NCBI GenBank assembly: GCA_010356995.1
Contig: ML996696.1
Location: forward strand, 312,364 to 376,363
From: Trichodelitschia bisporula
Lineage: Eukaryota
Direction: 5' to 3'
Length of the DNA stretch: 64,000 bases
The notes below the pieces were generated by a model that searched no databases, was not told the DNA's origin, and was given only the letters and a program-made list of their open reading frames with translations. Of this stretch, positions 48,128-60,570 are shown piece after piece; within the stretch, counting starts at the first letter, position 1, and each line of letters starts with the position of its first letter. The translations under genes and the position numbers were made by a program.

Positions 48128-49759
48128 ATGTCGTCCCAAGTCTACACCCGCGACGAAGTCGCAAAGCACAACTCCGTCGACGAGACCTGGATTATCATTG
48201 ACCACCGCGTCTACGATGTGACCGACTTCCTGGACGCGCATCCCGGTGGTGCCGTGGTGCTCAACCAAGTTGCGGGCAAGGATGCGACACAGGCGTTCTA
48301 CAACCTGCACCGGCAGGAGGTGCTCACCAAGTACGAGTCGATGTGCATCGGAACAATTGAGGGTGAAAAGCCAGAGGTTGTTGTCGTTGGTCCCGGCGAG
48401 CTGAGCACCGTACCGTATGCCGAACCGTTGTGGCTGCGGCCCGAGTTCCGCAACCCGTACTACAAGGAGAGTCACCGTCGGCTGCAGAAGGCGATGCGCA
48501 AGTTCGTCGATACGTATATTACGCCCGAGGCACAGCAGAAGGAAATGGACGGCACCTATATCAGCCAGGAGTTGATAGATCGCATGGCCGAGGCGAATAT
48601 CCTCGCAATGCGCCTGGGACCGGGAAAGCACCTGAAGGGACGGAAGCTGTTGGGCGGTGTCGTGGAACCGGAGGAGTTTGACTATTTCCACGATCTAGTT
48701 GTTGCGCAGGAGATGAGTCGGTCCAATGCTCGCGGTTTCCAAGACGGTAATCTTGCGGGTATGGTCATTTCGCTCACCGCCGTCCAAGAGTGGCTCAACA
48801 ACGTTCCACTCCGGAATCAGCTCAATGAGGAATGCTTATCGGGCAAGAAGAAGATTTGTTTGGCAATTTCAGAAGCATTCGCTGGTAGTGATGTTGCTGG
48901 TATCAGGACTACGGCTGAGAAGACGCCGGACGGCCAGCACTACATCATTAATGGAACAAAGAAGGTAAGGGAAAGCTCTCATCTCTGAGTTTTGGACCTA
49001 ACGGAGACAGTGGATCACCAATGGAATGTTTGCAGACTATTTCGTCACAGCCTGCCGCACGAAGAAGGGCTTCTCCGTCATCCTGGTACCCCGCGGAGAA
49101 GGCGTTGAGACGAGCCACATCAAGACGTCCTACTCCCCCTGCGCCGGTACAGCCTTCGTCGAGTACAACAACGTCAAGGTCCCCGTCTCGTACCTGATGG
49201 GCGAGGAAGATCAAGGCTTCAAGGTCATCATGTCGAACTTCAATCACGAGCGCTTCGGCATGTGCTGCGGCTCCATCCGCAAGGCCAGGACAATCGTTGA
49301 GGAGTGCCTGAAGTGGTCGAACCAACGCATGATCTTCGGAAAGCGGTTGATCGATCAGCCTGTCATCCGGCAGAAGTGAGTACCCCCCCGCTGACTGAAC
49401 TGCAACCGCTAACAACACGCAGACTCGCTAAAATGATGTCTCACGTCGAGGCCAACCAGGCATGGCTCGAATCCCTAGCCTACCAGATGAACCAGCTGTC
49501 CTATAAGGACCAAAACAAACTCATGGGTGGACCTTTGGCCCTTCTCAAATCATTTGCTACTCGCTCTGCCCACGAGATCGCAGATGATGCTGTCAACATC
49601 TTCGGCGGTCGTGGTATCACCCAAACCGGCATGGGCCGCATTATTGAGATGTACAACCGTACTTACAAGTTTGACGCTATTCTTGGTGGTGCTGAGGAGG
49701 TCCTTGCCGATTTGGGTGTGAGGCAGGCGTTGAAGTTCATGCCGAAGGCTATGCTATAA
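48128..49759 (+). CDS. Cytochrome b5 domain / acyl-CoA dehydrogenase fusion, 3 exons
   Basis: b5 heme motif VYDVTDFLDAHPGG; ACAD motifs CLAISEAFAGSDVA, INGTKKWITNG, IMSNFNHER, FGGRG, ILGGAEEVL. Confidence 0.93.
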
Positions 49760-49969
49760 GGATAGTTAGACTTTTGAATAGTGCTTGTAAAATACTTTGA
49801 TTTTCAGTGCTGCCGACTGATGAGTGGGAGGCACTCTATGGGAACGTCCAGCTATGTGTCTAATACATGGTAGAAAACGACACTAGACTCCTCGCCGTAA
49901 ATGCAGAACAACCTCATTTCATCCCCGCTTTTCCAACGGGCCGCACTACACCCGTGTTCAGAAATAAGT

Positions 49970-52900
49970 TCAGCCTAGAAACGCCTCCATTGCTTGAGCG
50001 AGAGATCCCCACCCGCTCGCTTGCCATGGTGCGATCATGATGGCCCTCTGAGCATCCCCTGCCGTCCGAGCCTCCGCATAAGCCGCAGCGACACCAGCAG
50101 CCTGGAGCTCGCCCATCGGCGGTGCACTCTTCTCGGCCGTTTCAATAGCCTGGTCGTCCACATACGAGCTCTCCACCACACTGGAGAGCCTCCGCCACCC
50201 GTCTGACTCCCATGGAGCCAGATTGAGGGAGTGATATATCCCGTCCAAGCGCTTGACATCAGCGTCCTCACCTTCAGAAGTCCCTGATGCCGCAATGAAT
50301 TCGAGAAGGTCACCCATGCGATGGCGGTCGTGATCACTCCAGTCCTCCCTAGTACGAAGTCGTTCTACCTCCTTCTTGACCTTTGGTGCCATGTCAACAT
50401 CCTTGTCGAGTGTCACCATAACAGCGAGCAACATGACTGTCTCGACATGACCTTTGTGTGTCTCGAGATTTGCAACGAGCTGTTGCCTCGCGACGAGCTT
50501 TTCGGTATCTCCACCTTGCGCCCACAAGACCTGAGCTAGGAGACACACAACATCGGGATTTGCATTGCTGTCTTGCAATGCGGCGCGGAAGGCAGTAAGG
50601 GCAGCATCCATGTCCGGCAAGTGGTAGCTGGCCAGACCGGTGGTAAGATGCGCAGAAAGGCGGATCTTGCGTCGCATGTCATCGGATTCAACCCCCTCCT
50701 CTTGCTCGGCCAGCTCAAGGGCCATCTCCGCATCCGCAGCAGCCCCGTCAAAATCCCTAGTCGCAAGTTTGTTGCGCGCCAGGTCAGATTTAGCTTGCGC
50801 AAAGCGTACCATGACGTCGGGATCTTCCCTTTCTTCGTACTCAGTTTCCAGATGATTACAAAGTTTCTCCAAGGTTGCGACTGCATCCATGTGTCTCCCA
50901 GCACGCTCATTGTAGAGACCATACAGATGATCGTATGGTCCATCATTGGCGGACAAGGAGTAAAGCTGCTGAAGCGCGAACACAGGTTGAATGAGATGAT
51001 CAATCGAGAGCGTATTCTTGCGCATCAGCAAATTCTTGAATGAATACTTCCCAAGTTCTTGCTTGACAATCAAGGACGAAGAGTCTGCGATCTCGAACGC
51101 GTGGGTGAAGTGGTTCAAGGCCTCTTCCTCCTGCCCCTCAACCAAGGCGAGAAGCCCCTCTCCCACCCAAGCTTGCGCGTATTCAGGATCTGTGGACTGC
51201 GCCCGGGAGAATGCATTGTACGCAAGCTCATAATCTTTCTGGAGCAGGTACAAGGTAGCGAGGTTAGTCCAAGCTTGTACATTGCGCTCGTTCAGATGTA
51301 AACTCCTGACGAATGCATGTTGTGCAACCTTGGGGTTGAGGTGGGCGGTCACGACACCTAACGCGTTCCAAAACTCGGAATTGCCGGCTTCGAGCTCAAT
51401 GGAGCGCTTGAAGCACCGCATCGCCGCCCTGAGGTATTTGGAAGAGGACGCTTGAATATGCTTTGGTTCATCAAGGCAAGCATATGCTCGGTGTTCCACC
51501 CATCCAAGGTTGTACCATGCCACAGCCTGAGCGTCGACATCTTGGTTAACAGCGACGATGGCGCGCTTAGATGCCAAAATCGAACTCTCAAGAGAAAATC
51601 GAAGAAGAGTTAGAGTGTCAAGCGCTTCATCTTCGGCTTCTTGGACAAGCCGGTCAAATGTCTCTTCTCCGATGCCATCAACCTCCGCAAAAAGCTTGTA
51701 CTGGGAGGTGTCGAAATCCTTCCCCAGGAGGTCCATAACCTGTTTGCGTGGAAGCAGCTCCAGCTTGCTCTGGACAGTAGAAAACATGGAGCAAGCATCG
51801 GCAAGGGTCTTCCACAAGTTGAAAGCACCAGATCGATAGCTGGCGATAGACTGTGCCACACTGAGCGCCTCCACGACGTTGTCAATAGCTCGTCCAAAGA
51901 ACCCAGTTTGAACACACCGTTGAGCATACTCAAGAAGTGTTTGCAATACGGCGAGGTCAACGCCAAATTCCTGGCTACGCTTCAACCTGACATGCTGGTA
52001 AGCTTCGATTGCCTCATCGTATTGACCAAGTTCTCGGTTCACATTGGCGATCATGTATTGCGTGAACCAACGTTCGTCGGGTTTATGAATGACGACTCCA
52101 TCACCTGGATCCTCGGCATAGTGGAAAGTTCGGAGTGCAGAATTATATCGACCCGAGTTGTGATAGCTTTCGCCAAGCCCCACGTATGAATAGTAATCGT
52201 CCGGGCCAATTCTTAGAGCGGCCAAAAAGGATACGATGCTCTGTTGGTAGTCTTGCCGGTTGATTTGCACCACTCCGAGCGCCGAGTGCGGCCAGCTTTG
52301 CCCCTTCTTTTTGGAACCGGGAGGCGGTCGCGTCTTTCCGGAGCCTATGACACGCTGGGCAATAGTCTCTACAACGTCCCAGTCGCCTTGGTCCGCAAAC
52401 GACCGAGCGAGGCGCTCTGCTGCTTCGATCTCGGAAGCAGAGAGTTCGAACGCCTTTTGGAAGCACTGACGTGCTCGCCGCTTGTCGACCGCGTACTCGA
52501 GATAGTAGAAACCAAGCATGGTGTAAGCTGGCGCAAAGCTCACATTGGCTTTTATGGAAGCCATGAACATAGCGTAAGGACCTTTCCTGTCTTTCCGGCT
52601 GGCTTTGGACGTGTTAAGATCCCATTGGCATCGGCCAATCCGATAAAGAGTCAGAGATCGCAGCTCTCGGATACGTTGCTGTTCCCCAGTAAGATTTTCC
52701 AGACGAGACTGAAGCTCTCGCAGCCCGGTTTCCATCTCGCCGTTAAGTGCTTTGCACCAGGCCAGCTCAACCCCAATACGGTCGTTGTTGGGATCGCGTT
52801 TGAGTACTTCGGTGAAGTACTCGATCGCTTTGGAAAACTGGTCGTCCTCTTCGAGAATGTAGCCGATCCCTATCATCGCAGGAGTGAAGAGTGACTTCCG

Positions 52901-54436
52901 CCGGAGGATCTCCTCAAAGATATCCTTTGCCTCAGAATGGTACCTGGGGGCTTGATACGATATCAAAGCAGTAGCTAGAGTCTCGTTCATAGCGTCGAAA
53001 GAACTTCCCTAAGTGTTAATACTGAACGCCAGGTAAGGGAGTGGGATGACGTACTTTTGAAGAGCCAACCCGCTTTTGGCGCTTTCTGCAAAAAGTAAAG
53101 CGCGGCCACGCCGTATGGTATCCGTGACGATTTCGTACTCCTCCAAGTAGGCGTAGAATTGCGCCATGAGCCTATGCGCCAACGGAGAATCTTTCGCCTC
53201 CGCGATTCCGTCCTTGATGGCATTAGCTCCGCTCTCGAGAAAGGTTATAAAATTGAGAGTTCTCACCGACATGGATACGAGCCGGTCTGCCCCAGTAAAG
53301 GCATCCAGAGGAACGCCGCCGTCATCACCATCACTATACAGTGAATCGGTGTCTGGTGTGGGTGAAGGAAAGGGAGAAAGTTCGCTCTCAAGATACCCCT
53401 TCATAACCTTGGCGAGTCCAGTATCTGGGAAAAACTCAATGTACTCGCGTAGAACTCCAACATCCATGTCAGCGATGCTCTCAGCATCGGCCCACTCAAG
53501 CGTGACATGCCATGCCAGGAGGAAAGGGCGCTTGATGATAACCATGCCACGAGCCTGGTTCATCACGTCCTCTCGCTTCTTCGCCTTTTCCTCGGGCAGG
53601 AGTACGAGCAATGTATCGTATGACCGTTGGAGAAGTTTCTCCTCGTAAAAGCGACGCCTTTCGTCATCGCGCAAACAGTTGATGAGGTTGTGGTAAAGCT
53701 TTTCGAGATCACTCTCGGCGTAAACTTCGCGCTTGACCTCGGCTGTGACTTGCTCCTTTCGAGCACCAAGACGAGTACGGCGTTCTCCGATTTCTTTGTT
53801 GATACGCTCTGACTCCGTTTGCTCCGTGAGTTCGACAAGACGAGTGTAGGTTTGGTCTAGAGGTGCCAGACGGGCTTCAAGGACGGGGTAGAGTATGCTC
53901 TCGTCGGTCTGAGTGAAGAGAGCGCGCTTGTAATCCTCCTTACTACCAGCTGTGCGAGCGTGTTTCATGAGCTCGCTAACGGTCTTCTCGGCCATATCAT
54001 AGTTTTCACTGAGCTGAATCAGCACATGAAAGGGCCGGCAATGCGAAGATACATACCTAAGGGCAAACCGATGCGCCAATTGGACCGACACATCTATGTA
54101 TTCCCTCATCAGAACTTTCGGCCAGCGTTCACACATCTTGCGGAGCCCAACTAAAGGCTGGTCGCTGTCAGGCTTCAGGCTCGCGGCAATCCGGTAATGC
54201 TTCACTGCGTTATTAAGGTCGCCACATTTATCGAAAGCGACGGCGAGGAACAAGTGGCTAAAAAGATTAGCGACGCCTGTGCTCCAGCATCAGTGAACGA
54301 ACCCAACGTGGTGCTTATTATCGAGCTTGACAATACGCAGCCCCAATTCACGAGCTCCATCCCCATCTTCCTTGTCGAGCAGGGCCCTGAGTTCCTTCAC
54401 TAAGCGCTTGATTTCCTTTCGGTTCTCTAGGTCCAT
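49970..54436 (-). CDS. SKI3: TPR superkiller complex subunit, multi-exon
   Basis: Many TPR repeats; ERRTRLGA, RARQCFQKAFELS, LGESYHNSGRYNSA, AQHAFVRSLHLNE, AQRAIMIAPW motifs. Confidence 0.9.
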
Positions 54437-54923
54437 TGTGGAAAGAATGTTGGGAGATCAGAATGGGACTGAGAAGGAGTGTGAGGGAGCGGAAAGAGCT
54501 GAAAGTTACAAGAAGCGTAATTGGGCTCAAGGAAAGAGGAGGCTCGATGCGTTCAACACAAGGATGTATGGTACGAGAAACATGAGCATGTGGAGAGATG
54601 GTCGCGTTGCGGGGTTCGGGGAAGGTGAAGGGTGCCTGTGCGTCACTGCATTCGCTAGCTCGTCGACAGGGGTCACAGTGGGGAGCTTGTGCGCCTCCCC
54701 GTTTGGCAACTCACCTTCTCCGCAAAGAAACATCACTCAAAATAAAAGTTACCCGTTGGCAAATAGTTCTAGTGAGCTTCATTGCGCCAAGCTTTGAACC
54801 GAGAATGGTACCCTATTCCATAGCCTTCAGAGTTACAGATGAAAACAAATACCCAGACGCCACCGTCCATCTTCCCTCCCAGCCTCATCTCCAAAGGATA
54901 TCAGTATGGAATGGTCCAAGTGA

Positions 54924-55569
54924 CTACGAAAGCCCCATGATCCTCCGCTTTTCTTCTTCGGAAAACAACGACTCGCCCTGCCCTAAAGCGTGGATGAGAA
55001 GGGGCAAAGAAGAGTCTTTGAAATCGGCAGCCGATCGGATCTTATCGAGATCCTCATCCAATTCGCTCGTGATCTGCCTTAGGTAGAACGAAGAGAAGCC
55101 TTCAACTGCTGGCATTTTCTGTTGCTGCATTTGCATCAGTGAATAGCTTACGGCTGATTTGGATCGGGTCGAGACAGACCTTCACTAGGGGATCTATTTC
55201 CTCTTCATCCTCATATTCGTCCTCCACAGGCTTTGATTCAGGCTTCGCTTTCTTGTTTTTCTTTGCGATCTTGGGTTCACGTTGAACCTAGCGAAGTGAT
55301 GAGCGAGAAATTCAATATCCGATCGGCAATAGAAGAGGGTGGGCATACGTTTGGCAGAGCCGCCTCGTCCTCTTTTGCCTCAACTTGGTTTTGAGGCCCA
55401 CTGTCAGAGTCACTGCTACTCGAGCTATCGTCTGAGAAGTCTGGAATTGGTGATTAGAAGCGGAGCATCGACGAGACGCGTTCGTGAGAGATTTACCAGT
55501 CGTCCGGCTCTTTCTCTTCCGACGTGACCGCTTTTGATCTGCTTCGCGGCTCCTTCCTTGAGCCGCCAT
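54924..55569 (-). CDS. RSA3: Ribosome assembly protein 3-like, multi-exon
   Basis: Basic N-terminus RRKRKSRT, Ser/acidic middle, C-terminal FYLRQITSELDEDLDKIRSAADFKDSSLPLLIHALGQG domain. Confidence 0.8.
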
Positions 55570-55740
55570 GCTGCCCGTATCTTGATTTCTTCGCTGGACA
55601 AATACAAAGTAACAGGCTCAGCGCATGCAGGTCAAGGCCAACCGTCCCAGCACTCAACCCAGGTCGCGGCGTCGGATGGCTATCGATAAAATCTCAGCGA
55701 CAAGGATTATGCGGGCCGGGCCGCGTGCACGAGCCACAGC

Positions 55741-55761
55741 ACGCGTCGACGCGCCTCGCGA
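55741..55761 (+). promoter_or_regulatory. MCB (MluI cell-cycle box) cluster in ECO1 promoter
   Basis: ACGCGT, ACGCGC and TCGCGA in 21 bp, ~60-80 bp upstream of the ECO1 ATG. Confidence 0.65.
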
Positions 55762-55822
55762 TAAACACCGCCTCCAGATTTTATCTTCTTTCTCCTCCCC
55801 ATCCCACACATCCTTAACCAGC

Positions 55823-57052
55823 ATGATTAAAAAGACCTACCTCCGCCGCGGCCTCCGCCGGAAGCGCTCCAATGATGACGTACCCTCACCCTCATCCTCA
55901 CCCTCCAAGCGCACAAGGCTCGCCGCCACCGCCACCGACGCGACCCTGAGCTCCGATCCCGCACTCCGCCCCCTAGACGACAGTGATGCCCGCTCAAATG
56001 TGCGCTCAAGCCCCATCCCGCGCTCCAGCTCAGCGATGGGCCTCGAACCGCTCTTCTCCGACGCAGTCTTTCGCTCGACGCCGGCGTCATCGCCTCCGCC
56101 TCCATCATCGCCGCCCGCGCCCTCCAAGCTCGACGCGCCGCTACGGCCCTCCTGCACCACACAGCCCGAAGCCGAAGCCGAAGATGAAAATGACGATCTT
56201 GACGACCTCTTCCAGAGCCTAAAGCCCAAACCTACTCCTCCCCGTCGGGCCGTGCGCGATCCCCTCAAAACCTCAAAGCCCAAACCCGCCCGCCCTAAGA
56301 AGCTTACACAACTTACTCTCTCTCTCGGCCCGGCGTCAACCAAGCATTGCCCTGAGTGCGACATGGACTACACGCCGTCGAATGCAGGAGATGCAGCGTT
56401 ACACCGCAAGTTCCATGCGAAGAATGTGGGCGGCGTAGATTTGTCCAAGAGGATCGTTACACGGCTGCAATTTAACAGATGCGTGTCGGTTGAGGGCGGA
56501 CGAGCTATAATTGTGGTGGTTGATCGTCGGGATACAATTGCCAAGCGTAAGGCGGTGGACGACGTATGGACGGTTGCGGAGCGCGAATTGGGCGGTGAGG
56601 GCGTGTTACCTTTCGGGTGGGAACAGGCGGAGGATATGAAGAAGAAGAAGGTGCTTCGGTGCAAGGCGTTTTTGTACATTCAAGGACAGAAGTGTGTAGG
56701 GTTCTGCCTTGCACAGCCAATTACAGAAGGCTTTGCTGTTCTGGCTCAGGAGGGCGCTCAGGGGCAGCTCTTGGAGGAAATAGGAGCGAATTTTGAGGGC
56801 AAGAGCTCGTCCATTTCGGTGAGCAAGACCCCTAAACCGGCACTACTTGGGATTTCTCGAATTTGGACGTCTGCCGGGTCACGGGGGAAGGGTGTGGCGA
56901 CTGGATTGCTTAATTGTGCGACGCAGAACTTCATTGTTGGCATGAAGATACCCAAGGAAAAGGTGGCATTCAGTCAGCCGACGGAGAGCGGAGGGAAGCT
57001 GGCAAGAAAATGGTTCGGCAAGGAAAGCGGTTGGCTTGTGTATATCGAGTGA
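55823..57052 (+). CDS. ECO1: Cohesin acetyltransferase
   Basis: PIP-like QLTLSL, C2H2 finger CPEC...HRKFH, acetyltransferase GISRIWT...RGKGVA...VAFSQPTESG. Confidence 0.93.
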   Translation: MIKKTYLRRGLRRKRSNDDVPSPSSSPSKRTRLAATATDATLSSDPALRPLDDSDARSNVRSSPIPRSSSAMGLEPLFSDAVFRSTPASSPPPPSSPPAPSKLDAPLRPSCTTQPEAEAEDENDDLDDLFQSLKPKPTPPRRAVRDPLKTSKPKPARPKKLTQLTLSLGPASTKHCPECDMDYTPSNAGDAALHRKFHAKNVGGVDLSKRIVTRLQFNRCVSVEGGRAIIVVVDRRDTIAKRKAVDDVWTVAERELGGEGVLPFGWEQAEDMKKKKVLRCKAFLYIQGQKCVGFCLAQPITEGFAVLAQEGAQGQLLEEIGANFEGKSSSISVSKTPKPALLGISRIWTSAGSRGKGVATGLLNCATQNFIVGMKIPKEKVAFSQPTESGGKLARKWFGKESGWLVYIE

Positions 57053-57199
57053 GGCGGTATGACCTTAGCTAAACTGGATTATTTGCTTGAATAGCGGATG
57101 ATACCGCGGTTTGCTCTTCATAGCATAGCGTTGGCATAACAACAACATCTAGATGTCTATGGGATAACTGTGTGAGATCTCGAAATACCTTGAATATCT

Positions 57200-58567
57200 C
57201 TATCGCCCAATTACCCCTATGATTGCCCCAACCATAACCGCTGCTTCTCGTTCCCAGTTCTGCGATGAAGCAGCTCTCCCTTTAGCCGAGGATGAGCCCG
57301 GTAACCGACTACCCCGATCCACGCATTGTCGAACCGCGTCTCTGACCTTGTCCTTATTGCTTCGCAGAGTGCGTGCAGAGACACCGCCCCGGTTCATAAT
57401 CTCCTGTACGCGAGACGAGAGGTTCGAGGCTAGGGTCCGCCAGAAAAACGAAGGCAGAGATGACGTATCCAAGGATTGTAGTAGTGGCTGCAGCAGGTGC
57501 GGAGTCGAAACCGGGGCAATACCGCCGTCGGATAGAGAGTCGAGGGACGGATGTAGTGGCGGCTTTATAGACTCCAAGAGTGCCTCGAGAGCAACGATAT
57601 TCTGACACCGCGCTGAGATTTCCAAGAGAGTGCGATCCAAGGTCGGCAATGTTGCCAGGGAACGAGCTAGTGATGCAAGAGACGACTTCAAAGCAGTTTG
57701 AAGGTAGTCTTGCAGACTTGACACGAGCAATTTTGGCTCAAATTCGGCTGCCTTCAAGCTGACGGGCGCAGGTGACAGTATGTACAAAGTCAGAAGAGCT
57801 GACGTGGCGCGCGACTTCGTGTCTTCAACTTGGTTGTAGGTGGCAGTGGCGGCTGCTGGTTGGCTGGCAGCGTTCGAGGCAAGAAGTGAGGACATGGAGA
57901 ATTCCCGAACCGTTTGCTGTGCCTTCGAAAGCAGGTTCCTCTCAGCGGGTGTGATGACCTCGTTGCGCAGAGTCGCGATGACATTGACCCTCTCAACGCC
58001 GTACCCCTCGTCTTCAGGCTTGGACGCAGAGAAGAGCTGGTTGATGGCAGTCATAGTATTCGCTGAGCGGACCATAGCTCTGTGATCTCCCTTCCTCGCC
58101 GCGCCGGACCCAGAAATCTCCCCCATCTGCGCCTCGAGCTGTCGTCCCAGCATCAACAATCGGCCAACCGCGCGCCCCAGTTTCACGGTTTCGCAAAGCC
58201 GTTCGGCAGCAACCTGAACTTGCTCTGCAGCTTCATAGCGATGGATAACCTCTTTCTCGAGTGTTTTGTAGCCCGCCGTGAGCGTCGCGACTTGAGTCTC
58301 CACCTCTTCAAGGATTCGACTACTGGCATTGGCTTGTGTTTTGGTGTGTTCGAGCAGCGGAAGCGCCGACTTGGTAGTGAGAGAATCGATGTGCGTATCT
58401 ACTTCTTGGACATCAAACAGGACGCGCGAAAGGGGAGTAGATAGGTCCAAAGGCGTGTCGGAGGCGTTGTTGGTGGCCAGCACCAGACCGTTTGCGAAGG
58501 CTGTTGCTGAGAAATCTGGATCCAGGAAAGCTTCATAATCAATGTACGAGGGATCCTCTTCTGCCAT
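57200..58567 (-). CDS. COG5: Conserved oligomeric Golgi complex subunit 5
   Basis: SYIDYEAFLDPDFSATAFANGLVLATNN...DLSTPLSRVLFDVQEVD; FWRTLAS; WEREAAVMVG. Confidence 0.9.
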   Translation of the reverse strand: MAEEDPSYIDYEAFLDPDFSATAFANGLVLATNNASDTPLDLSTPLSRVLFDVQEVDTHIDSLTTKSALPLLEHTKTQANASSRILEEVETQVATLTAGYKTLEKEVIHRYEAAEQVQVAAERLCETVKLGRAVGRLLMLGRQLEAQMGEISGSGAARKGDHRAMVRSANTMTAINQLFSASKPEDEGYGVERVNVIATLRNEVITPAERNLLSKAQQTVREFSMSSLLASNAASQPAAATATYNQVEDTKSRATSALLTLYILSPAPVSLKAAEFEPKLLVSSLQDYLQTALKSSLASLARSLATLPTLDRTLLEISARCQNIVALEALLESIKPPLHPSLDSLSDGGIAPVSTPHLLQPLLQSLDTSSLPSFFWRTLASNLSSRVQEIMNRGGVSARTLRSNKDKVRDAVRQCVDRGSRLPGSSSAKGRAASSQNWEREAAVMVGAIIGVIGR

Positions 58568-58691
58568 TGTGGAGTAAGCGACGGATTCCAACAGCAAGCG
58601 ATTGAGGATGGTGATTGCGTAACGGTTATGAGTAGCGACTGTTGTTGAACTCGGGCGGAAGTCGAAATGGCCCGAAAATTCAATGACGTGC

Positions 58692-58703
58692 CTTATCGAT
58701 AAG
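58692..58703. promoter_or_regulatory. Palindromic double GATA site CTTATCGATAAG in the COG5/DAL3 divergent promoter
   Basis: Perfect 12 bp palindrome of two GATAAG sites ~90 bp upstream of a purine-catabolism gene; AreA-type binding is inferred. Confidence 0.55.
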
Positions 58704-58791
58704 CCTTGTATGTACAACCTCGGGGAGCTTCATATGAGCAAACAGCTACCCCACACTCTCAATTACCTCCCTGTTCCCAATCCAATCTAAA

Positions 58792-59637
58792 ATGATTCCC
58801 TCCATCAAATCCCCCGTCTTCCGCATCCCCATCGAACCCCTCAACCAAACCTCCTTCGCCCCCTTCGGAACCGTCATCCAAAACCCTGACCACGCCCCAC
58901 CCAGCACCACTCCTCCCCTATCCGTAACCGCAAACCAAGGCTCAGCAACCAAATACCTCGATGTCACCAAACTCAGCAACTTCTACCACCTCGCACCGAG
59001 CAAAAACCCCGCCAGCCCCGTGGTGAACATGTTCGTATGTGCCCCACGACCGCTCCGCCCGCACCAAGTGCCTCACGGCATGGAGCCCGCCTTTGACGTC
59101 CGCCTCCTCGAGCGCCACCCCTATACACCGCAAATCTTTATCCCCGTCGGCCTTGCCCGCAACGATCCCTCTACGTGCTATCTTGTCGTCGTGGCGCCTA
59201 CCCTGCCCGCCGCCCCGCCGCGGCCCGAGGTGCTCACTCGCTCAAAGCCATATCCAACACCTGACCCGGAGCCGAAGAAGCAGTCGCCCTTTGAACGTGC
59301 CCGTCCGGAGCCCTTTACCAATTCCACGGCACCACCTCCCGCCACCCGTCCACTGCCTCCCGAGATGCCCAAGGGCCCCGGGATGCCGGACGTGCGCCGG
59401 CTCCGGGCGTTCGTTGCGAATGGGAGCCAGGGGGTTACGTATGGGGCTGGGACGTGGCATGCACCTATGGTGGTGATCGGGGCAGAGAAGGTGGCGTTTG
59501 TGGTACTGCAGTATGCGAATGCGGTGGGGAATGAAGACTGTCAGGAAGTGGAGATAGTGCCGGGAAAGGAAGGGGAATGGCCGTATGTTGTTCTATCGGG
59601 GATAGGAAGAGACACGTTGGTAAAGGCCAAGATGTAA
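58792..59637 (+). CDS. DAL3: Ureidoglycolate lyase/hydrolase
   Basis: FAPFGTVI, ANQGSA, LERHPYTPQIFIP, YLVVVAP, QGVTYGAGTWHAPM, EDCQEV; C-terminal AKM (PTS1-like). Confidence 0.92.
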   Translation: MIPSIKSPVFRIPIEPLNQTSFAPFGTVIQNPDHAPPSTTPPLSVTANQGSATKYLDVTKLSNFYHLAPSKNPASPVVNMFVCAPRPLRPHQVPHGMEPAFDVRLLERHPYTPQIFIPVGLARNDPSTCYLVVVAPTLPAAPPRPEVLTRSKPYPTPDPEPKKQSPFERARPEPFTNSTAPPPATRPLPPEMPKGPGMPDVRRLRAFVANGSQGVTYGAGTWHAPMVVIGAEKVAFVVLQYANAVGNEDCQEVEIVPGKEGEWPYVVLSGIGRDTLVKAKM

Positions 59638-59705
59638 ACGTTTTAGCGGTGCATCCGTCGAAACTGTGGGCTCGAAAGAGAAAAGAGTCGAGGCCGGCCC
59701 GCCAA

Positions 59706-59741
59706 ATAGCACCGATAGCACCGATAGCACCGATAGCACCG
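59706..59741. repeat. (ATAGCACCG)4 tandem repeat
   Basis: Four perfect 9-mers in the DAL3 3' region. Confidence 0.95.
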
Positions 59742-59797
59742 ATAAACAGAGATCTCGGTTCTTCACCCAGTAGCCAGCATCCAGCCGTGGCCCAAGA

Positions 59798-60203
59798 TTA
59801 AATTAGCATGCTATGAACGCCCAGCATAAAGCAGATGTCCAAACCAAAAACAAGTCGTACTGCGAAAAATGCCTTTGAAGGAAAATGAACCCACGCGCAT
59901 TGTCTGACCGGGAACTTCACCGTCTCATACAGCCTTGTGGGGTGGAGAGAACGCCGAAAAGTATTGCAATGTCCCTTCAATCTTCCCAATATCTCGAAGC
60001 TTCCTAATATCATCCCAGGGGAAGCCGGGCAAGTCGGGCGTATTGCCAAGAAGATTTGCCAGAAGGTCGTCAGGACAAAGCACTAGTTTGATTCCTCAGC
60101 TATGCCGTGCCAACCTGTTGATGGCTTTCTGGTCCCGCCAGGACGAATTGCATCGCTCCGGCCTGGCAAAGTCAAAGATGTCGAGCAGAAGCTCATTCGG
60201 CAG
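59798..60203 (-). pseudogene. Possible decayed F-box gene
   Basis: LPNELLLDIFDF F-box-like motif followed by an in-frame TGA; CNTFRRSLHPTRLYETVKF in another frame; no ATG start found. Confidence 0.3.
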
Positions 60204-60570
60204 CTGAGAATAAAAGCAGTCTGTGTCTCTATGATAATGGTGAAGGTGTGCAGTTGATACAGTACGGAGTACTGTAGCTGAGATCCCCTTAATTTTGAAC
60301 CTGGACAAGTTTGTGGCGGTGAGACAGGAGCGCGGAGGCACAGACCCGGTGATTAGCCGTGTTACTCGCGACCTTGACGTGGCGGGGTGCTGCAGATCAG
60401 AACGATAGATATTGTGCAGAAGCCTTCACACTTGTACCGCAGAAACTATAGTATCCATGTCGTAACCAGCATTTAGAGGAGAGAGCTAGAAGTGAACAAG
60501 CGATTCTCCCATAGCGAGGCTTTAAGATGGAGCACCCTGCCCTCAAGACGTAACAGATGCGTCATTCACG

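Noticed and set aside
40263..49759. Secondary-metabolite cluster (esterase + ABC transporter + acyl-CoA dehydrogenase)
   Set aside because: No PKS, NRPS, terpene synthase or pathway regulator nearby; the neighbours are housekeeping genes.
55625..55822. Longer ECO1 N-terminus from the ATG at 55625 (similarly COG5 from 58717, DHR2 from 39621)
   Set aside because: The extensions run through divergent promoter or leader sequence containing regulatory motifs, so the downstream ATGs fit better.
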